A stretch of 64,000 nucleotides of DNA from Octopus vulgaris (taxonomy: Eukaryota): NCBI GenBank assembly GCA_951406725.2, contig OX597818.1:77128001-77192000 (forward strand). The letters run 5' to 3'. Below are positions 39,635-52,404 of this stretch, one piece after another. The notes beneath the pieces are model-generated. The model was not told where the DNA came from, ran no database searches, and worked only from the letters and a program-made list of their open reading frames with translations. How positions within the stretch are numbered: the first letter of the stretch is position 1; every line of letters begins with the position of its first letter. A program made the position numbers and the translations under genes.

Positions 39635-40393
39635 AAATTCACAGCCTAATTTTAAATACATAGCCAAATAAATATACATATAAATTTATAAATCAGTGAA
39701 CAAAATTACATGTAAAAACCATATGTGTAAACTATGCATCATGTACGTTGGGTTCAGGTACCAAACTGAGGAGTGACAAATAAAGAGATAAAAATTCGAG
39801 GTAAAAAATGTTTAAATTCAGGGGTAAATATTTAGATGAATAGGTAGATAAAATAAATATATACAGATTCGGGTGAATTCAAGTAAAGGATATCATCTAT
39901 AAAAAAACAAAAACAGTTCTCCTTCTTTAATCTATCACATTATTACCACGTATAATTTCACCACGAAGGAAACCATCCTGATGAGGGGGGCATTATGTTT
40001 CTGTATTGGAATACTTAATACACCATGTATACATTTATTGTAGCCCTGAAATGGCCATAGATGATAGCCTTTACCTGAATTCACCCGAATCTGTATATAT
40101 TTATTTTATCTACCTATTTATCTACATATTTACCCCTGAATTAAAAAATTTTTAAACTCTCATCCGACATTTTATATAAACATCAAATTCTTAAATGATT
40201 CGAACAGTTCCTTTTCAAAGCCCTTACCTCGAATTTTTATCTCTTTATTTGTCACTCCTCAATTTGGTACCTGAACCCCACATACATGATGTATAGTTTT
40301 CACCCGTGACTTTTACATGTAATTTTGTTCACTGATTTATAAATTTATATGTATATTTATTTGGTTATGTCTTTAAAATTATGCTGTGAATTT
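39635..40393. repeat. Inverted-repeat element enclosing a hammerhead
   Basis: 39635-39900 is approximately the reverse complement of 40057-40393; the right arm has an insertion of about 75 bp. Confidence 0.88.
39974..40063 (+). ncRNA. Type-I hammerhead ribozyme motif
   Basis: catc-CTGATGA-gggg...ccct-GAAA-tggcca-TA-gatg. Confidence 0.75.
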
Positions 40394-40739
40394 CTATTTG
40401 ATTGCCTGGATTTGTTCCTTCTAAAATTTCCTTTATCATTATACACACACACATTCATACATATATATATTATCATTATCATCTTCATTCAGTGTCCATT
40501 GCCCATGCTTGCATGGGTTGGACAGTTTAACCAGAGCAGGCACGCCAGGAAGCTGCACCAGGCTTCAATCTGATTTGGCATGGTTTCTACAGCTGGATGC
40601 CCTTCCTAATGCCAACCACTTTACAGAGCATGCTGTGTGCTTTTACATGGCACCACATGGACACTTTTATGTGACACTGCCATGAGTGCTTTCTACATGG
40701 CATTGGCACAGGACTCTAGCAATTCAATCTTCTCCACCA

Positions 40740-41350
40740 GGGAGACCTGACTTAACCCTTTTGCCATGAAGCACAGATCTTCTTGAGTACAGCAAAGTGT
40801 CAGGCATCCCGATCCTTTGTCATCTCAGTATCCAGAGACAATTCTTCAGTACTTTGTCTCATGTCTTCCTGTGTCTCCCACTTCTATGTATTCTATCTAC
40901 TTTGAGAACTTGGCATTTCTTTATGAAGCTGTTAGCATCCATCAACATCACATGACCAAACCAGCACAGTCTTCTGTCTTGCACACAGCATCTAATTCAT
41001 TTCATACCTAACTTTTCTCTCAATACACTAGCACTCTGCCAAACATGAACACTTACACTACACATTCAGCAGAGCTTACTAGCCTTTGCAAGTCCTCTGC
41101 ATTCAAGGCCCATGTCTCTTTACCAAGTAGAATTGCTGTCTGTATACACGCATCATACCATCTTCCTTTTGCTCGGAAAGTGAACAGCCAACAGCAGTAC
41201 CAGCTTTCTGAATTTCTTACATTCTATTCTTATTCTAGGTATTACACTCTCCATCCATCCTCCCTCCACTACTAATTTGGTGCTCTAGGTAGCAGAAACT
41301 ATCTACTACCTCTAATGAGCCACCAGGGCATTTGAGAGAATCAGTTTCCT
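40740..41350 (-). mobile_element. Degenerate RTE LINE fragment
   Basis: DNA similarity to 54500-55120. Confidence 0.55.
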
Positions 41351-41390
41351 GATTCTATATGTATACATAAATATATATAGAGCATATAGA

Positions 41391-41690
41391 GGCACAATGG
41401 CCCAGTGGTTAGGGCAGCAGACTCGCGGTTGTAGGATCGCGGTTTCGATTCCCAGACCGGGCGTTGTTAGTGTTTATTGAGCGAAAACACCTAAAGCTCC
41501 ACGAGGCTCCGGCAGTGGGTGGTAGCGAACCTTGCTGTACTCTTTCACTGCAACTTTCTCTCACTCTTTCTTCTGTTGGCCTGCTCGCTTAGCCAGCGGG
41601 GTGGTGTCATTTGAAGGCTAAAACAATGCGAAGTGCATTGTGACCAGCGATGTGTAGCAACATCTGATAGTCTGGTCGGTCACAGTGAGT
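41391..41690 (+). mobile_element. tRNA-derived SINE (second copy at 53507-53790 on the minus strand)
   Basis: ggcacaatggcccagtggttagggcagcagactcgcgg...ggtttcgattccc, with A and B boxes. Confidence 0.75.
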
Positions 41691-41751
41691 GATATATAGA
41701 GCATATATGTACAACTGTAAATATATATATATATATATATACATACACACA

Positions 41752-42641
41752 CTAACTGACGTACCCAGAAATTCCTGGAAAGTGGGGCTTATTCCTTGGT
41801 TCCATTCTCATAATTGTTTTGCTAATCCAATAACCACAATACAAAGTATGTAGCCCTTAAAACGGTTTTTGTGCATTAACAGAGAATACCAAACTGTCTT
41901 ACACAGGATCTTGTTTTTAGGAGTTCCCAATAAGTTTTGAATACCCAAATTGTGAAGTCAGTTATGCAATAACATGAAAGTAGTTACCTGGTAGTAAGAA
42001 TTCAAATAAAATAGCCCTGAAAAGGGCTTTAATGCATTCCCAGAGTATATAGAACATAGAAGGAAATACCAATAAGGTATGTATACTAAAATTGTGAAGC
42101 ATGTTACGTAATAACAGGTAATCAGATATGAAATAATAACAATCCAAACTAAATAACTCTGAAAAGGGCTTTTGTGCATTCCCTGAGACTATTACTCTCA
42201 GCAGCGTTAATGTTGGTATATTCATGAATAAGTTACTAACCGAAATAAGTGGATCTATTGTTTAGGAAAATATTATTTACTTGTTTAAAGGTTGTACTGG
42301 ATAAATTGTGAAAATAATTTTAACAGTTCTAATACTAAGAAATAAGCATACTCAATTTAATTTATACCAAATGATTTAGGAAAATGAATGGGTTATTTCC
42401 CTTGGCTGTTAAAATCTGGGCAAATGGGTTATTTTCCTTGGCTGTTAAAATGAAATATATTAGATATATATAAGGATTGCTTCCAGGGGCCCTATTATTG
42501 GGTTTTTTTCAACAATCTGAGTATGCCATGAGGTTTCCAGACATAATATCTACTCACATGTCAAATTTTATCAAAATCAATAAAACGATGTAGGAGGAGT
42601 TAGCTAACAACTCCACAAACAGAATTTCCCACATAGGTAGT
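41752..42641 (-). mobile_element. Non-autonomous Helitron-like element
   Basis: Homologous over its length to 21058-21893. Confidence 0.7.
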
Positions 42642-42657
42642 GTATATATATACACTA

Positions 42658-42704
<47 letters not shown>

Positions 42705-42935
42705 TTTCTTTTCTTTTATTCTTTTACTTGCTTTAGTGATTTGACTGATGCCATACTGGAGCACCGCCTTTAGTCAAGCAAATCGACCCCAGAGCATATT
42801 TTTTGTAAGCCTAGTACTTATTCTATCAGTCCATTTTGCCAAATTGCTAAGTCACGGGAACGTAAACACACCGGCATTGGTTGTCAAGCGATGTTGGGGG
42901 GGAGGACAAAGACACATTAATATATACACACACAC

Positions 42936-42970
<35 letters not shown>

Positions 42971-43082
42971 CATACACACCGGAGTAAACACATGAATGTG
43001 AAACAAGGTGGAAAAAAGAGTACTCAAATACCAGTGGTAGAGTAATATGCTTTATTTAAAGCAGCAGAAAATTCAACAAAAT

Positions 43083-43120
43083 CTGTTACTCTGAGTTTCT
43101 CGTTGCCGTTCATCAGACAG
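43083..43120 (-). ncRNA. Minimal type-I hammerhead motif (minus copy)
   Basis: ctgt-CTGATGA-a cg GCAA cg a-GAAA-ctcagag-TA-acag. Confidence 0.7.
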
Positions 43121-43133
43121 TTTCTAGCAAAAA

Positions 43134-43171
43134 CTGTCTGATGAACAGCAACGAGAAACTCAGAGTAACAG
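43134..43171 (+). ncRNA. Minimal type-I hammerhead motif (plus copy, stem II weakened)
   Basis: ctgt-CTGATGA-acagcaacga-GAAA-ctcagag-TA-acag. Confidence 0.6.
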
Positions 43172-43389
43172 ATTTTGTTGAATTTTCTGCTGCTTTAAAT
43201 AAAGTATATACATACACATATATACAGCGGGCTTCTTTCAGTTTCTGCCTACCAAATCCACTTACAAGGCTTTAGTATAGTCACGAGGCTATAGTAGAAG
43301 GCACTTGCCCAAGGTTCCATGCAGTGGGACAGAACCCGAAACCATATGGTTGGTAAGCAAGCTACTTACCACACAGCGACTCCTATGCC

Positions 43390-43428
<39 letters not shown>

Positions 43429-43469
43429 TCCAGGCCTGAAGGATGCCAAGAAGCAGACCAATCTAGAAA

Positions 43470-46050
43470 AGAAGGATTTGAAAGCTTAAGTATCCTTCAT
43501 ATGGTCAGAGATTTAGGGACATCCTAATTGAGAAATTTGATAAGAGCAAGGAGGAGCTACAAACTTGTGACATAGAGGGCAACTGGGAATTCCTGCAAGA
43601 CAGCTTGCTGAGTGCCACAGACCAGATCTGTGACTGATACAAAGTCTCTTCCAGACCTAGAGTAACATGGTGGTGGAACAATACTGTAGGCAAGGCTATT
43701 AGAGCAAAGAAACAGGCCTGGAAGAGTGGGGGAAGCAGGGAACTTTATCAAATAGCCAGAAGGGAAGCTTGGAGACAGGTATATGTAGCCAAGGGAGAAG
43801 CAGAAAAGAAGTTTGCCTATGTTCAGCGTTATGAGGACCAAAGAACTGAAGTCTTTCGGATTGCAAGAGAGTCTGTGAGAGAAAATTCCAATGTCATAGG
43901 AGAGAAATGTGTCTGCATGGATGATGAGGTACTTGCTTTTAATAAGTCTGGAAAGAAAGAAGCTTGGAGATGCCATTATGAAAGACTGCTGAATGTGGAG
44001 AATGAATCGGAAGAGAGTTTGCCAAATGTTGACCCAATTGAGGGACCAGCTACCCGAATCAACAGTACCCTGGTAGATTAAAGTAATTAAGGATATGAAG
44101 ACAGGGAAAGCTCATGGCCCATTAGGAATCACCACTGAGATGCTTAAAATACCTGGCGGTGTGGGTTATAGCCTGGTCACCTGTACTGTAAATCAGGTGG
44201 TTCATGAAGGAGTCATACCCAATGACTGGTGTAGCAGCACCATAGTTAACTGCTACAAAGGTAAAGATGATGCCTTAGAAATAATTACAGAGGTGTCAAA
44301 TTGTTGGATCAGGTGATGAAAATTCCAGAGAGAGTCATAACACAACTAATTAGGGAGAGATATAGTCTAGATGAGATGCAATTTGATTTTGTGCCAGGTA
44401 AAAGCACCACTGATGCTATATTTCTGGTAAGGCAACTGCTGGAGAAATACCTAGCCAAAGATAAACCCCTATACTTGACTTTTGTGAATTTGGAGAAAGC
44501 TTTTGACAGAGTACCACAATCCCTTATCTGGTGGTCAATGTGGAAACTAGGGATAGATGAGTGGTTAGTGAGAGCCATACAAGCCTTGTGCAGGGGCACT
44601 ACCAGTTAGGTGAGGGTGGGCAATGAGTATAGCAAAGAATTCAGGGTACAAGTAGGGATTCACCAAGGATTGGTGCTCAGACTCCTCTTATGCATCATAG
44701 TCCTCCCGTGAATAACAGAGGAATTCAGGCAGGCTGCCCCTGTGAGATCCTCTATGCTGATGTCCTTGCTCTTATAGCTGAATTACTATCTGAACTAAAG
44801 AAGAAGTTCCAAGGTCTAGAATCAAAGGGCCTAAGAGTTAACCTAGCCAAAACCAAAGTCATAGTAAGTAGGAAGGCAGACAAATCACAAATCCATTCAG
44901 GTAGTTGGCCCTGCTCAATCTGTAGAAAAGGTGTAGATAGAAACTCCATAAGATGCACCCAGTGTAAACTTTGGACACATAAAAGGTGCAGCAACATCAG
45001 AGGAAGGTTAACAGGGAAACTAACTTTTGTATGTGGAAGCTACACAGGTACAATAAATGCTGAAAATGCGCAGAAAATAGACTCCATCAACTGCCAGGAG
45101 GACAAGCTAGAGGTAGCAGATAGCTTCCATTATCAAGGTGACCAAGATAATAGAGGAGGACACTCGAAGAGCATAGCTGTGCGAATAAGACTTGGCTGGG
45201 CAAAGTTCAAAGAGCTCCTACCCCTGCTGGCAACAAAGGGCCTCTCTCTCAGAGTGAAAGGCAGATTGTCTGATGCCTGTGTATGAACAGCTATGCTGCA
45301 TGGCAGTGAAACATAGGCTGTGACTGCTGAGGACATGCATAGGCTTGAGAGAAATGAAGCCAGTATGTTTCACTGGGTGTGCAATGTCAGTGTGCATGTT
45401 TGACAAAGTGCAAGCATTTTGAGAGAAAAGTTAGGCATAAGAGGAATCATGAGGTGTGTAAGAAAGATGACTGCACTGGTATGGTCATGTTATGCATATG
45501 GACGAGGACAACAGTGTAAAGAAGAGCTGATCTCTAACTGTGAAGGAAGCCTGTGGTAGAGATAGATCTAAGAAGATATCGAATGAGGTGGTGAAGCATG
45601 ATCTTTGAACTTTGAGCCTCACAGAGGCAATTACTGATGACTGAGACCTTTGGAGATGTGCTGTGCTTGAGAGGACCTGTCAATCCAAGTGCACCCATGC
45701 TGGTGTCATGTAAAGAACATCTTTTGAATGTTGGACCTCATGGAGGCAAAGTGGTTGAGTTCCTTTCGAGCATTCGACCTCACAGAGGCAAAGTGGCTCA
45801 GTTTCTTTTGAACATTGGGCCTCGCAGAGGCAAAGTGCTGAGTTCTTTTCAAGTGTTGGGCTTCGCAGAGGCAAAGTGGCTGTGTTCCTTTCGAATGTTC
45901 AGCCTCACAGAGGCAATGATCAACACTTTTGGTGTTATGTCATGCTTGAGAAGATGACCCATCAAGCTGAACAAAATGGCAGTCAGGGCAGATACCACTG
46001 TCATGCAAATTGGCACCCATGCTGGTGGCATGTAAATGCACCCCGGTGTC
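43470..46050 (+). mobile_element. Degenerate RTE (BovB-like) LINE with a Cys/His-rich insert
   Basis: MKTGKAHGP, IPNDW, QFDFVPGKSTTDAIF, NLEKAFDRVP, LYADV and WPCSICRKGV...CTQCKLWTHKRC. Confidence 0.85.
45726..45915 (+). repeat. About 4.5 copies of a 42-bp minisatellite derived from the end of the RTE ORF
   Basis: Unit approximately gaatgttgggcctcacagaggcaaagtggctgagttcctttc; similar to 45607-45631. Confidence 0.75.
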
Positions 46051-46155
46051 AGGCAAACGGCACTCATGCCACCACCATAACCTCAGCTTTAACAAAGCCT
46101 CATAACTGGATTTGGTAAACAGAAACTGAAAAGAAGCCAGTCATATTATTATTAT

Positions 46156-47126
46156 GGGATGAGATGTGGAAGTGGACGACATCTCGGCTGAGTTTCCTGA
46201 TTCGTTCATCTTATGATGTTTTGCCATCACCTACGAATCTAGTAAGATGGAACGTCTTAGAGAATGACATCTGCAAATGTGGAAAGGTCGGTACATTAAA
46301 ACATATTCTTTCCAACTGTTCATTAGCATTGAACAGGTACACATGGAGGCACAACTTGGTCCTTAAGGTTATCTTCAATGCTATAAAGAACCAAATTCAT
46401 CTCAACAACACTGAGGAAAAATCGTTAAAAGTACCATCAAGAGAGTTCATTACCTTCGTGCGACCAGGTCAGCAGATCCGTTTCAAGAAGAAGACCAAGA
46501 AACTTCCTGAGAAAAATGAAAAGTGGAACGGCTATTGGGAGGTAACTGCAGATTTACCTGGGTGCCAGGTTTTCTTTCCCATCCCAGTTTCGAAAAAACC
46601 AGATATTTTGATGTGGTGTGAAAGAAAGTTGTAAATATAGTCGAGCTAACGGTTCCTCACGAAGATAATATGGATGCTGCTCGAGCTCGAAAATTAAACC
46701 GTTATGAAAACCTCCTCGAGGAATGTGAAGACGCAGGCTGGAAAGCGGAACATTTTCCTATCGAAGTCAGATGTAGAGGGTTTGTAGGACACAGCGTGAG
46801 ACGACTGTTGTTATCGTTAGGCCTAACTCATCGTAAAGTCAATACCACCATGACTGATATCCAATCTACAGTGGAGAGGGCTAGCCACTGGATTTGGTTA
46901 AAAAGAGACGATGAGCGATGGCTAGAAGTATACTGAGTTCTTGATAACCAGCTGATCTAGCAAGCGGGGCCTCACATCAGTGAGGGGGGCCGGTGCGCAT
47001 TGATGCCGTCGAGAGGTAGGCCCCGAAACGACGCGCATTCTCTCCTGATGACCCCATACACTTGCTAGCTTCTGATATACGGAGCTTTTAACTGGTAGCA
47101 CTTGCATGTGCAAGTTGTTTGCAAGA
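46156..47126 (+). mobile_element. 5'-truncated HERO-like (restriction-like endonuclease) non-LTR retrotransposon with a 14-bp TSD
   Basis: SFLIRSSYDVLPSPTNL, CKCG..GTLKHILSNC, RYTWRHN, KPDI, ELTVP, RKLNRYE and PIEVRCRGF. TSD catattattattat at 46142-46155 and 47127-47140. Confidence 0.88.
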
Positions 47127-47143
47127 CATATTATTATTATTGT

Positions 47144-47201
<58 letters not shown>

Positions 47202-47404
47202 TTAAATACTAAGGGTAAAAATTTGATATTAATTTGATTAATATCAATTTAAACCAGTGGCCTAACATATTGGAAAAATCTAATGATTCAGAAAAATATT
47301 ATATTACATTTATATATATATATTCCTGAGTGCTATACTAATACATTTGTTTGTTTGTACTCCACCTGCCATCGTCTTTTGTTTGTTTTCATAAACTTTG
47401 CCTT

Positions 47405-47435
<31 letters not shown>

Positions 47436-47929
47436 GTGCGCATCTCTGTGTCTGTGTTTGTTTCTCATCTGTCTGATAACTGGTGTTGGTGTGTTTACAT
47501 CCATAAAACTTAGTGGTTTGGCAAAAGAGACTTATAGAATAAGTCCCAGGCTTTAAAGGACAAAAAAAAAAGTAATGGGGTCAATTCATTTAACTAAAGT
47601 CCTTCATGAAGGGGCCTCAGTCTGATCACTGAAACAAGTAAAAGATAGAAGATAATTATATATGCTTCCCAACCACATGGTTCTGGATTCAGTGCCACTG
47701 CATGGAACCTTGAGCAAGTGTCTTCTACTGTGAGTCGATTTGGTAGACAGAAGCTGAAAGAAGACTGCTTTTCCCTGTTTGACAGGGTTGTACGGAACTT
47801 CTTGTGGCAGATTTGCCCTTTCTCTGGCCAAGGAAAAAAAAATTGCCAACAATCCACTTGTAGTTACATTTTCAGATGTATATATATACATACATACATA
47901 CATATATATATACATACATATATATATAC

Positions 47930-48262
47930 TCGCTCACAACATCATAAGCGGAAAGTGTAACCTCTTGAAAGAGCTGTTCTTCACTCCTGCTCCAAAGTGT
48001 CGGCTGCGGGGGCACTCTGAAAAGCTCTATCTGCAACGATTTCATCTCAATTGAAGGAGAGGGGCTTTCTCCGTCCGGGTTGCGGATCCGTGGAATAAGC
48101 TGCCAGATGAGATAGTGAAGATGCCGACGACTGCTCGGTTCAAAGTCTCTCTTGACCAGAAATGGCCTGAACTCTTTGCATGAACACCCTCCCTGTACAT
48201 AACTCCATGTCCCCCTACATGGCCTTGCTTTTTGCTTTTTGAGCCCAAAAACTAACTGAACT

Positions 48263-48265
<3 letters not shown>
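47930..48265 (+). mobile_element. CR1-like LINE 3' end
   Basis: LRGHSEKL...RRGAFSVRVADPWNKLPDEIV...FKVSLD. Confidence 0.75.
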
Positions 48266-48324
<59 letters not shown>

Positions 48325-48793
48325 CACATATAAATAGATGTCTACACACATACACATAATATATATATAAATACATATGCATATCAGTATGTATACACAA
48401 GTAATATATACATGTATACACACACACATACATGTATATATATATATATCATCGTTAAATGATGATGATGGTGATGATGTGTGTGTGTGTGTATGTATAT
48501 ATATATGTACATATATATATATTTATATACATACATATATATACAAATACATATGTATATCTATTTACATATACATATACATATATGTGTGTGTGTCTAT
48601 GTTTGTCACCCAACAATCACTTCACAACAGATGTTGGTGCATTTACATCCCTGTAACTTAGCACTTTGGCAAAGGACACAAATACAACACATACTAAGCT
48701 CACAAAGAATAGGTCCTGGAGTTCATTTGTTAAACTAAAGGCAGGCTCCAGCATGCCTGCAGTCAAATGACTGAAGCAAGTAAAAGAAAGAAA

Positions 48794-48841
<48 letters not shown>

Positions 48842-49329
48842 TACTGTGCAGGTGGCACATAAAAAGCACCATTTGAGCGTAGCTGTTGCCAGCACCACCT
48901 GACTGGCCCTCATGCTGGTGGGATATAAAAGCACCCACTACACTCTTGGAGTGGTTGGTGTTAGGAAGGGCATCCAGATGTAGAAACTCTGCCAGATCAG
49001 ATTGGAGACTGGTGCAGCCATCTGGTTTGCCAGACCTCAGTCAAATCGCCCAACCCATGCTAGCATGGAAGGTGGACGTTAAATGATGATGATGATGATG
49101 ATACATATATATATACATATATATGAAGATGGCACTGCATTTAAATTGATGTAATGATTGCATTGTTCAATTAAATGGAGTCGCTTGAAACGGTTGTACT
49201 GCATTACTACTTGATATCCTGTCACTTATTTTGATTTTATATGTGCATGTGTGTATATATATATATATATATATACATATATATTCATATATATATATAT
49301 ATACATAATTAAATATATATATATATATA

Positions 49330-50815
49330 ATTAATATATATATACATAGATGCATTCAAATATATGAGATATGATAAAATTTATAAGAATTTATAAACAC
49401 ATATACATACGAAGATTTATAAATATATAAAGATTCTTAAGTATATAAAAAATTTACAAATATATAAAAATTTACAACCACATAAAGATTCATAAATATA
49501 TAAACACATAAATATAAATACACAGATGTACATGTAAAGTCCGAATGTCCATATTAGAAACAATGATGAGGGTAAATAAGAAAGTTAGTATAAAATGATT
49601 CATGAGGAATCCTAAATAGGGAGAAAATCTTACAGCCGTTTCGAGAAGATATAGGTTGATATGAGCAAGCAACCTCCAACCATAGCAGTTATCTATACTT
49701 CTCTCATCAGAGTTAAGGGATTCAAAGAGTTAAAATTTTAAGAGGTATGAGAAATTTGAGAATTTTTTAAAAAGGAATGTTTAGTCGAACCATACTCTTC
49801 AAGCAGATGACATAATTAAAATTAAAACTACAGGTTAAGGTTCATTAAGAAGCTATATATAATAGTATTTTAAGAAGAGTCTATGATATTCCATTATTAT
49901 AGCCCAATCTAGACTGAATTCTTTATTGTGCAATTTTAATTTATTGATGTGGGTAGCTAGTGTGATTGAATTTTTAGTTTTGTGGTTAGTGAATGAGTTT
50001 GTATGCACCCTATATCTAATTTTAAAATCAGTTGTACTACCTATATAAATCTTTTTACGTTTGTTTAAGATTGAGACTTCAACCTTATCAACAACATTTC
50101 TTCTTAAACAGAAACCTTTTAAGGGACAAAGCTCCCTATTGCGACAATTACATGTTTTATTTGTTTTATTTCCAGGTTTAGTCTTTCTATTTTTAATATC
50201 AGTGTTCTTATTATTGTTCTTCATATTAAGGTCAGCTAAGTTATCTCTATTAGTGTTGTTATTTCTAAGTTTAATTCTATTGTTAGCCACGATAATAGAT
50301 CCCAGATTGGGTGTGGTTGAGTAAGATAATTTAAGGCAGTTCTATTAAACATAGAGTGATATTTATGACCTAGTGGGATGTTCCTATCAATAACGCTAAA
50401 AATAACTTGGGGAGGTTTCTTACCTGGAGGAAAAAGTGGAGTGTGAACCATATAATTTCTTGTCCCCTCCCTAAGTTGTTCTTATTGTGCTCAGTATGGT
50501 TATTGTTATAACTGAATAAGTTATAGCATCTTTTAAAGTGTCGTTGGTTTCTATATTCAGTAGGATTGTTCATGGGAGGTGTGTCAATGTTTGAATTCAC
50601 AATATTTGGGAACTGTTTGCCTAATTTGTTTTTAAATATTATGTTTTTGATATAATATATTTTCCTATTAAATCCGCTATCTTTTAGTGCTGCGTTATAA
50701 AGGGGTGCAAAATCATTGAAGATCTTTCCATTTGCAGATAAATTAGATATTCTTATTGACATACATTTGATTATCCCCTTAATGACACACTAGGGATGAT
50801 TTGATAAGGCGTGGA
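49330..50815 (-). mobile_element. Penelope-like element remnant (Naiad-type RT thumb, CxC...CP..G.C linker, GIY-YIG endonuclease) with a downstream pLTR-like region
   Basis: RISNLSAN.KIFN..APLYNAALKDSGF, IIWF, HSMFNR and TCNCRNRELCPLKGFCLRRNVV...IYIGSTTDFKIRYRVHTNSF...LATHI...WAII. Confidence 0.85.
49626..49714 (-). ncRNA. Type-I hammerhead motif just 3' of the Penelope GIY-YIG ORF
   Basis: aact-CTGATGA-gagaagtatag...ctatatcttctc-GAAA-cggctg-TA-agat. Confidence 0.75.
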
Positions 50816-50843
50816 TATATCTGTCTATCTATCTATCTATCTA

Positions 50844-50892
<49 letters not shown>

Positions 50893-50989
50893 CGGGAAGC
50901 TTTATGAAAATAGACAAAAGACGAAGGCAGGTGGAAAACAAACGAACAATTGTATTAGTATGGCGCTCAGGAAATATAAATAAAACAAG

Positions 50990-51027
50990 TCTTTAACGTT
51001 TCGAGCCTACGCTCTTCAACAGAAAGA
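50990..51027 (-). ncRNA. Variant-core hammerhead-like motif
   Basis: tcttt-CTGTTGA-A-gagc gtag gctc-GAAA-cg-TT-aaaga. Confidence 0.5.
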
Positions 51028-51274
51028 TACACAGAGAGAAAAAAAAACACAGAAAGAAGGAGAGAAAAAAAATGCGTGCAGTAGCTAACGAATCAACATG
51101 GCGATCTGATTTCGGCCAGAGGTCAAAGATCAAACATGAGACGCGAGAGCGAAATAAGGGGAGATAATAGGGTTGATAATAGGGTTGAAGGACCAGCTAA
51201 TAGTGCATAGGAGGGGTCTGGACGTGTGTATGTATAGGGTTGGTGTATGTATTAGTATGTATAAGGGTGTGTGC

Positions 51275-51312
<38 letters not shown>

Positions 51313-51319
51313 AAATGCG

Positions 51320-51352
<33 letters not shown>

Positions 51353-51358
51353 AAAGGC

Positions 51359-51399
<41 letters not shown>

Positions 51400-51432
51400 T
51401 TATATATATATATACACACACACATACATATA

Positions 51433-51983
51433 TCTACTACATATGTGGGAAATTCTGTCTGTGGGTGTGTTTGTGGAGTTGTTAGCTGACTCTTCCTACA
51501 TCGTTTCATTCATTTGGATGAAACTTGACACATTAGTAGAATTCATGTCTGGAAACTTCATGGCATATTCAGATAGTTGAAAAAAATCGATAATAGGGTC
51601 CCTGGAAGAGATACTCATTTCATGTTAACAGACAAGGAAAGTAACCCATACATTTTCCTAAATCATTTGGTATAAATCAAATTGAGTGTGCTTATTTCTT
51701 AGTATTTGAACAGTTAAAGTTATTTTTGCAATTTATCCAGTACAACCTTTAAACAAGTAAACAATATTTTCCTAAGCAATAGATCCACTTATTTTGGTTA
51801 GTGACTTATTCATGAATATACCAACACTAGTGCTGCTGAGGGTAATATTCTCTGGGAATACACAAAAACCGTTTTAAGGGCTACATACTTCGTATTGTGG
51901 TTATTGGATTAGCGAAACAATTATGAGAACAGAACCAAAAGATAAGCCCCACTTTCCCAGGAATTACCGGGTATGTCAGCTAG
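51433..51983 (+). mobile_element. Non-autonomous Helitron-like element (internally deleted copy)
   Basis: 5' A|TC and 3' CTAG|T, preceded by an imperfect hairpin cccaggaattaccggg. Confidence 0.75.
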
Positions 51984-51985
51984 TA

Positions 51986-52032
<47 letters not shown>

Positions 52033-52127
52033 CATATACATATACATATATACACATACATATATATGTATATGCATATATGTATATACATATATATATA
52101 TACATATATATATATAGATGTATATAC

Positions 52128-52158
<31 letters not shown>

Positions 52159-52344
52159 GATGTATATACATATATATATATACATATATATATAGATGTA
52201 TATACATATATATATATACATATATATATACAATATATATATATATATACATATGTATATATACATATATGCATATATATATATACATATGTATATATAC
52301 ATATATGCATATATATATATATATACAATATATATCTATATCTA

Positions 52345-52404
<60 letters not shown>

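Noticed and set aside
41391-41460. tRNA gene
   Set aside because: The tRNA-like head continues into a dispersed SINE body (second copy at 53507-53790) and has no proper acceptor stem.
45726-45915. Regular 42-bp repeats as a CRISPR-like array
   Set aside because: They are tandem degenerate units with no unique spacers, derived from the RTE ORF end, in a eukaryotic context.
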